Made by a program: the position numbers and the translations under genes
Origin: Octopus sinensis
Lineage: Eukaryota
Reading direction: 5' to 3'
Length of the DNA stretch: 44,055 nt
Assembly: GCF_006345805.1 (NCBI RefSeq)
Contig: NW_021835087.1
Span: 1 to 44,055, forward strand
Shown here: in pieces, positions 37,330 to 44,055 of the stretch
Layout: the number at the start of each line of letters is the position of its first letter
Numbering within the stretch: the stretch's first letter is position 1
The notes under the pieces: generated by a model
The model's database searches: none
Seen by the model: only the letters and a program-made list of their open reading frames with translations
What the model was told of the DNA's origin: nothing

Positions 37330-37835
37330 AAAATCTGTTTGCGAAGACCGGTTGAGGCAAGTGAAATCGAAATCGAATCAAACTCGGTGACTGGTATCCG
37401 TTGCTAGTGGAGCACTAAGAGTACCATACGAGTGAGATCGCTGCCAGAGCAACAAGTTGGCATTCATACTGATGGCACGTAAAAACACCATTCGAGCATG
37501 ATTGTTACCTGTGTTGCCTTACTTGCACTTGTGCTGAGGGCACGTGAAAAAACATTTGAGGGAGGTTGTTGCCAGTGCCGCTGGACTGGCTCCTGTGCAG
37601 GTGGCACATAAAAAGCACCATTTGAGCAAGGCCATTGCCACAGTACCACCTAACTGGCCCTCGTGCCAGTGGCACATAAAAGCACCCACTACGCTCTCGG
37701 AGTGGTTGGCGTTAGGAAGGGCATCCAGCTGTAGAAACTCTGCCAGATCAGATTGGAGTCTGGTTCGCCAGACCTCAGTCAAATCATCCAACCCATGCTA
37801 GCATGGAAGGCGGATGTTAAACGATTATGATGACA
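37330..37835 (+). mobile_element. RTE LINE long 3' UTR with five roughly 65-bp repeat units
   Basis: Colinear with 1125-1575 plus one extra unit. Confidence 0.85.
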
Positions 37836-38017
37836 ATGATGAAGAGTGGATGGCACCACTCAAAATATATGCCTGAAAGTTGGTGGTCAAAACTTAGAAA
37901 GGACAAAAATGAAGAAGATCTTGGATGGTGAGGCTCCTCAATTGTCTTTAGAGGCTTTCCTGTCTCAGGAGAATTACATTATCATCACATTTATATCATG
38001 TATAATTATATTTCATT

Positions 38018-38207
38018 TTCTGTTGTGTCTGGGGAGAGTCATTTTTTTTTTGTGCCTTATAATGTAACGCACTCACACGGTAAGATTTCCACTTGCTTCT
38101 TATTTTTATTTTCCTAAAATTTTCGTTGTGTCTTGCAACCTTTTCAATAATCTTATGTTAAATTATAAGGCACAAAAAGAAAATGACTCTCCCCAGACAC
38201 AACAGAA
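38018..38207. mobile_element. MITE with TIRs of about 46 bp
   Basis: TTCTGTTGTGTCTGGGGAGAGTCATTTT...GTGCCTTATAAT (38018-38063) and its near-perfect inverse (38162-38207); TSD unresolved. Confidence 0.8.
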
Positions 38208-38288
38208 TATGCTTCAACACACAAACTCATAAAAAGAATCTTGCAAACGAAATCCAAAAACGAAGTATATTTCACTTTTTTTTTTATT

Positions 38289-38440
38289 GAGTGGCTGTGT
38301 GGTAAGTAGCTTGCTAACCAACCACATGGTTCCGGGTTCAGTCCCACTGCGTGGCATCTTGGGAAAGTGTTTTCTGCTATAGCCTCGGGCCGACCAATGC
38401 TTGTGAGTGGATTTGGTAGACGGAAACTGAAACTGTCGTA

Positions 38441-38490
<50 letters not shown>

Positions 38491-38724
38491 GTTGTGTATG
38501 TGTGTGTATATGTTGTGTCTGTGTTTGTCCCCCCACCATCGCTTGACAACCGATGCTGGTGTGTTTACGTCCCCTCACTTAGTGGTTCGGCAAAGAAGAG
38601 ACGATAGAATAAGTACTGGGCTTACAAGATTAAGTCCCGGGGTCGATTGCTCGACTAAAGGTGGTGCTCCAGCATGGCCGCAGTCAAATGACTGAAACAA
38701 GTAAAAGAGGTAAGAGTAAGAGTA
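38289..38724 (+). mobile_element. SINE family A, most complete copy
   Basis: tRNA head, CORE-like block, internal (TA)n/(TG)n, 3' module and (AAGAGT)-like tail. Confidence 0.9.
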
Positions 38725-39016
38725 TATAACTTTTATGTCAATATTTTCTTTTCAAGCCTCTATTAATTCTCAAACTTTATGTCTGTCATTGTATTGTCCC
38801 CTCATTCACTGCCCTGGTGACAAGAGATTAATAATTGTCGTTAGTATTATTATTATTTTCTGGTTGATTTGCATTTTATTTCATCTTCTGTCTGGGTCTC
38901 AACCAGAGACCTAAACTAGATGGAAAGAAACTTCTTGAGAATGTGGGTGGTTGATGTCAACACAATTTTTTGAGCCTCATAGAGTGTTGGTTTCCTAAGG
39001 TATTATTATTATTGCT

Positions 39017-39049
<33 letters not shown>

Positions 39050-39058
<9 letters not shown>

Positions 39059-39235
39059 TCATCCACGGAGGGATGAAAGGCAAAGGTATTCTCATCTGGA
39101 ATTCTTTATGTTCTGAGTTCAAATCTTGCCAAGATTCTTCTGGGAGAATAAAATATAGTAACTGTCAAGTATTAAATTTGATGGTACAGGCTAAACCTTC
39201 ACCTCGAATTTCAGGTCTTTATGCCAAATATAGAA
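39050..39235. mobile_element. Rearranged SINE family B remnant (inverted piece joined to a forward piece)
   Basis: GGATGAAAGGCAAAG (minus body) followed by TTCTGAGTTCAAATC and the AATTTCAGG...TATAGAAA tail (plus). Confidence 0.5.
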
Positions 39236-39448
39236 ATCATCACAACCACAACCACCACCATTATCATCATTGTCGTCGTCGTCATCATCATCATCATCAC
39301 CATCATGGTAGTGAGCTGGCAGGATGAAACATTATTATTATTGTTATTATTATGATTATTATTTATTACACTTTTATTCTAACTTATTATTATTATTATT
39401 ATTATTAATTATTATTACTATTCTATTATTATATTATTATGATATACA

Positions 39449-39484
<36 letters not shown>

Positions 39485-39516
39485 TATTATTATTATTATT
39501 ATTATTTATTATTATT

Positions 39517-39840
39517 CTATGTTTGACGTTTCTTTACATTTGTACAAGTTGGCCTCCAAGTCTCACCCAGAACCTCAAGAGACAACAAATTGGAAGTTCA
39601 TGTTGGAGTTACAACTATGGTGCCATATATTTAGTTTTGTACATAGTGTTCTTCTAGAGAATGTTTAAGAAACCATAAGAAAATTATGTTTGTTTTAAAA
39701 CTTGAGATTACATAGAAAGTATTTTACGTAGGATATGGGCACTTCCCATGAGCACTATCTTTTGAATTTCTGCAATTTTGGGGTTACCTGGTATCTGAGC
39801 TTCGTAGCAATCAGCCCCTTTAGCAATCAGCCCCTTTTGC
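39517..39840 (-). mobile_element. Dong/R4-like LINE, 5'-truncated, embedded in (TAA)n
   Basis: Minus strand QIPGNPKIAEIQKIVLMGSAHILRKILSM* resembles the R4-clade C-terminus; (TAA)n on both flanks. Confidence 0.75.
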
Positions 39841-39876
<36 letters not shown>

Positions 39877-39923
39877 GATTATTATTATTAATATTATTAC
39901 TATTATTATTATTGTTATTATTA

Positions 39924-40140
39924 GGGCGGTGAGCTAGCAGAATCACTAGCACACTGAGCAAAATGCTTAGTGCCATTTCGTCTGTCTTGACATCCTGAGT
40001 TCAAATCCTGCCAAGGTCAACTTTGCCTTTCATCCTTTTGGGGTCAATAAAATAAATACCAGTGAAAGACTGGGATCAATGTAATCGACTTATTCCCTCC
40101 TCCAAAATTTCAGGCCTTGTGCCTATAATAGAAAGCATTA
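39924..40140 (+). mobile_element. SINE family B, alternative-tail variant
   Basis: GGCGGTGAGCTAGCAG head, CCTTTCATCCTTTTGGGGTC body, tail CCAAAATTTCAGGCCTTGTGCCTATAATAGAAAG; flanked by (ATT)n. Confidence 0.85.
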
Positions 40141-40150
40141 TTATCATGAC

Positions 40151-40184
<34 letters not shown>

Positions 40185-40212
40185 GTTATTGTTATTATTA
40201 TTATTATTATTG

Positions 40213-40246
<34 letters not shown>

Positions 40247-40675
40247 CATCATCATCATTCATTATTATTATTGTTGTTGTTGTTATTATTATTATTATCA
40301 TCTCATCATCATCATCATCATCATTATTATTATTATTATTATTATTATTGTTATGTTATTATTATATTATTATTATTATTATTGTTGTTGTTTTATTATA
40401 TATTATTATTATCATCATCTCATCATCATCCTCATATTATTATATTATTATTATTATTATTATTGTTATTTAATTATTATTATATTGTTGTTGTTGTGTT
40501 GTTATTATTATTATTATTATTTGTTATTATTGAAAAGACATAAGATTTAAGAGGAAATACAACACAAACAAAATCGCTAAATTCCAAAAAAAAAAACAAG
40601 TAATAAAATACAAAAGTAAACAAGTAGAAAACAACTAAATTAAAATGTAGCATAAAGGAAGAAATAGGTAAGATT

Positions 40676-40755
40676 TCAAATTGACCAGAAATCTTTGCTT
40701 GACATAATGACAGTTTCCTGAGAATGAAGACAAGTGGTCTTCTTGTTTGGCGGAA
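40676..40755 (-). CDS. Candidate terminal coding exon, phase 1: xPPNKKTTCLHSQETVIMSSKDFWSI*
   Basis: Strong acceptor CCATTCTATTTTCAG after a long pyrimidine tract; frame chosen by appearance; no homology support. Confidence 0.2.
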
Positions 40756-41142
40756 CTGAAAATAGAATGGTAAATCTTAGAAATGGAAAAGGTGAAAGCA
40801 TGGAGATGTCTCAGAGGCAAAGTAGAATGGTAGATAAAGTGAGAGAGTGCTAAAGATTGAAAGAGTGATAGTGGTCGGTGTGTGTGTGTGTATACATGCT
40901 TACATACTTACAAGCACACGTATACATGCTTACATACTTACAAGCACACGTACACACACACACAATCTCTGCCTCTCATATATCTATCTATCTATCTATC
41001 TATATATATATATATATTTATATAGATAAGCATGTGAGTGTGTGTGTGCATGTATGTGTGAAAGTGAGACAGAAGCAAACAGGAACATATGCAAATGTAT
41101 ATGTGCATGCATGCATACATACACCTACATATACGTATGTAC

Positions 41143-41174
<32 letters not shown>

Positions 41175-41283
41175 CTATATATAATACAAATAAGACATAC
41201 ATACAGGTAGATAAATATATATATATATAGGTATATATGTATGTATATATGTATGTATATACACATACCTACATATATATGTA

Positions 41284-41324
<41 letters not shown>

Positions 41325-41776
41325 TTATATGTACAGAGAGAGAGAGAGGGAGACAAGAGAGAGAGAGAGAGATGTTTACCATATGTGCACATAAGCATAT
41401 ACATATTTATATAAACACACACATACATATATATATGTAAATGCATATATGTGTGTGTATATATGTATGTATATGTATGCATGTATATACATGTATATAC
41501 ACACATATACAACTGGCATATTCATATGAGAGGTGGGTGTGTGGGTGAAGTGGGTGAGCAAGACAGAAACAAATTCAGAGTAAGTTGAGAAGTTTTAATA
41601 GCAAAATGTGAGAGATTGAAAAAAAAAAAGAAACTAAAGGAAAAACAAAAAAACAAAAACATGAAAATAATTACAAATATAGAAAACAATTTTCTAGAGT
41701 AAAGATGTAAAGATGAAATATCCCTTAAATACAATAATATAAAATATAAACAAAATCATATAAAATATTTTATAAC

Positions 41777-41777
<1 letters not shown>

Positions 41778-41814
<37 letters not shown>

Positions 41815-42205
41815 GTGGTGTGGTGTGGGGTGGTGGTGTGGTTGGTGGGTGGTGGTTTGTGGTGGTTGGTTGGTGGTGGTGATGGGTGTAGTAGTAGTAG
41901 TAGTGGCGGGGCGGTGGTGGTGGTAGTTGTTGGTGTTGTAGAAGGAGAAGCCAGAGAAGAGAAGGAGGAAGGAGCCGAGAAGAAGAACGAAGAAGAAGAC
42001 AGAAAAGAAAATGAAGGAGAAGAAGAGAAGAAGACAAAAGGAGGAGGAGGGGGGGAGGGGAGGGGAGGGGAAGGGGAAGAGGGAAGAAGGAAGAGAGAAG
42101 GAGAGGCGGAGGAGGAGAGAGGAGGAGGCGGAGGAGGAGAAGGGAAGAGAAGAAAAAAGAAGAAGAAGAAGAAGAAGAAGAAGAAGAAGAAGAAGAAGAA
42201 GAAGA
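41778..42205. repeat. Compound (GTA/GGT/GGA/GAA)n microsatellite
   Basis: Direct inspection. Confidence 0.9.
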
Positions 42206-42209
42206 GGTG

Positions 42210-43048
42210 GTATTATATAGGCAGAAGGTGACTGCTGGTAAGGAGATAAAAGGTATTAATCCAGGTTAGATTAATAAAGTCTATGGCAGATGGAATAGTG
42301 AAGTGATGGCTGAGTTGACACACAAAAACTCACATGGCCACACATGTTTTTGCATGTCTCTAGGTACATATATGTATATACATTCTCCTTTTTTAATTTA
42401 GAATAAATTTTGACCGGCCACCTGCTTAGTAGCAGCGTTATGAAGGAAAGCATCTTATTTTGTTCATCATCCTTTAAATCTTAAGAAGATCTTGCAGATT
42501 TTACAGTCCCTGATAAGACATTATCATTTGTAGTTTATAAATTAAGGATTTAAGTTCTCCCTACAAAATCCCCATTTCAGCTATACTTTGCTTCAGACAG
42601 GTTGCTATGTACCTTGTTGTTCCATTAATAACTGGTATGAATCTGGAAGTGCATCTTGGGTATTAGATTTGCAAACTCCTTATCAATGATCCATAGATGT
42701 TTTTTTTTTTTGTAATTTTTCTAACCACATTGGTACCCAGAGAGTAGCTAATTTCCACAACAAAACATAGCTTTTCCCTGTGGTCCCACACAACAATATC
42801 TGGGCAGTTCTGTTTTAACCTGGTGGCTGTTTCAATTTTTAATTTCCATCAATATTCCCTTGACCCACCAGTTTCAATCTGGTCACTTTTATCTGTAAAT
42901 GTTTCCCTTTTTGTAATCCTGTTCTGGCCACGGCATCGTGCCTCATGAGAAGATAATATATGGAAGATATTCTCTCATACTTGGAAATAATGTGGTTGAT
43001 GTTTTTAGTTTCTGTCTCACACAGCCTACATTTGATATCAGTTAATGT
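42210..43048 (-). mobile_element. R4/Dong-like RLE LINE 3' fragment: CCHC knuckle, PD-(D/E)xK endonuclease and probable 3' UTR
   Basis: KCRLCETETKNINHIIS...RHDAVA; CPDIVVWDHREKLCFVVEIS; GTVKICKIFLRF ending near 42467; internal deletion and frameshifts. Confidence 0.8.
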
Positions 43049-43106
43049 CAGTCTGACCAAGATACTCTCATGGAATGTGACCAAATGAGGTTTAATTTTC
43101 AATATA

Positions 43107-43334
43107 TATTTCTTTACTGCCCACAAGGGGCTAAACATAGAGGGGATAAACAAGGACAAACAAAGGGATTAAGTCGATTACATTGACCCCAGTGCAAAAC
43201 TGGTACTTTTTTAATCGACCTCGAAAGGATGAAAGGCAAAGTCGACCTCGGCGGAATTTGAACTTAGAATGTAACGACAGACGAAATACCACTAAGCTTT
43301 TCACCTGGCGCGCTAACGTTTCTGCCAGCTCGCC
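43107..43334 (-). mobile_element. SINE family B inserted in the mariner 3' end, 16-bp TSD
   Basis: TTTAATTTTCAATATA at 43091-43106 and 43335-43350. Confidence 0.9.
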
Positions 43335-43460
43335 TTTAATTTTCAATATAGTCCTCCTTGCGGATCACACACTTATTTCATCACTGCTGCAGCACTTGGG
43401 TACCATTGGGGAAGAAGCTTACACCTTGTTGGTAAAACAGTCAATGACAGCAGATATGAC

Positions 43461-43521
43461 ATTATCATCATCATCATCATCATCATCCTCGTCATCGTCA
43501 TCGTCATCGTCATCATCATCA
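43461..43521. repeat. (GAT/GAC)n microsatellite expanded inside the mariner ORF
   Basis: In-frame poly-Asp between QCCSDS and NVISAV. Confidence 0.9.
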
Positions 43522-44055
43522 GAATCACTGCAACACTGGTTACCTCTCATCTGATTTTTCATGATGGGGAACAGATGAAAGTCAGATGGAGCTAAATCAG
43601 GAAAATAGGGAGGCTGATCAACCAGTTCAAAGCTATGGTCACTCACAGCATTCATTGAAGCCAAAGACTTGCCAAAGCATTGCCCTGATGAAACAAAACA
43701 CCTTTCATCAGTTTTCTGGGCGTTCAGTCTTGATAGCCTTTTGTAACTGCCTTAGCAAGTTGATGGTGTGGCCCTTTTGAAGATAAATACAACGCTATTT
43801 GCATTCCAAAGCCTGATGCTATCACCTTCCCTGTAGATGAAAATACTTTGGCCCTCTTTGGAACAGGTGAGGTTGGCATTGTTTCTACTACATGGTTATC
43901 CCTTGTCTCTTGGCTTCTCAAAGTGATTATACAAACACTCATCTGGCCACAGAAACATTCAAGAAAACCAGTTGCATCTGCTTCACGCCATCTCAGATTT
44001 TCCCAAGATTTGATCACTTGGTGCACTTTTGATCAGTTATCAAAAGACGTGGCAT

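Larger units (their letters stand above)
39326..40530. repeat. (ATT)n microsatellite field split by LINE and SINE insertions
   Basis: Arrays at about 39326-39516, 39841-39923 and 40137-40530. Confidence 0.9.
43049..44055 (-). mobile_element. Mariner transposase pseudogene, catalytic half; runs off the window edge
   Basis: MPRLL (WVPxxL-like), GKVIAS, VLFHQGNA, PPYFPDLAPSDFHLFP, C-terminal KCVIRKEDYIEN-like sequence; frameshifts. Confidence 0.9.

Noticed and set aside
1-44055. SINE heads as functional tRNA genes
   Set aside because: They have A/B boxes but no complete cloverleaf, and each continues into a SINE body.

Overview
AT-rich, microsatellite-saturated eukaryotic DNA. The repeat repertoire (tRNA-derived SINEs, RTE LINE 3' ends with (GAT)n tails, mariners, very dense (TA)n/(CA)n/(ATT)n) suggests a coleoid cephalopod, probably Octopus; this is an inference, not a database result. 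No multi-exon gene can be identified with confidence, and nearly all ORFs in the supplied track are translated microsatellites. The recognisable content is a layered set of decayed mobile elements: four SINE families, eight RTE fragments, three R4/Dong-like restriction-like-endonuclease (RLE) LINE fragments, one Tx1/L1-like fragment, several mariner remnants, Helentron/HINE-like elements and a MITE. There is also a 97-unit 12-bp minisatellite and a 2.2-kb tandem duplication. The best find is a minus-strand type I hammerhead ribozyme of the Penelope-like-element kind (31867-32277). It is visible only after removing a SINE that inserted, with a 7-bp target-site duplication (TSD), into its long stem II loop. 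A-rich skew on the plus strand and several good minus-strand splice signals suggest the window is intronic to a minus-strand gene with microexon and terminal-exon candidates (low confidence). Element edges are approximate unless a TSD or terminal inverted repeat (TIR) is quoted.
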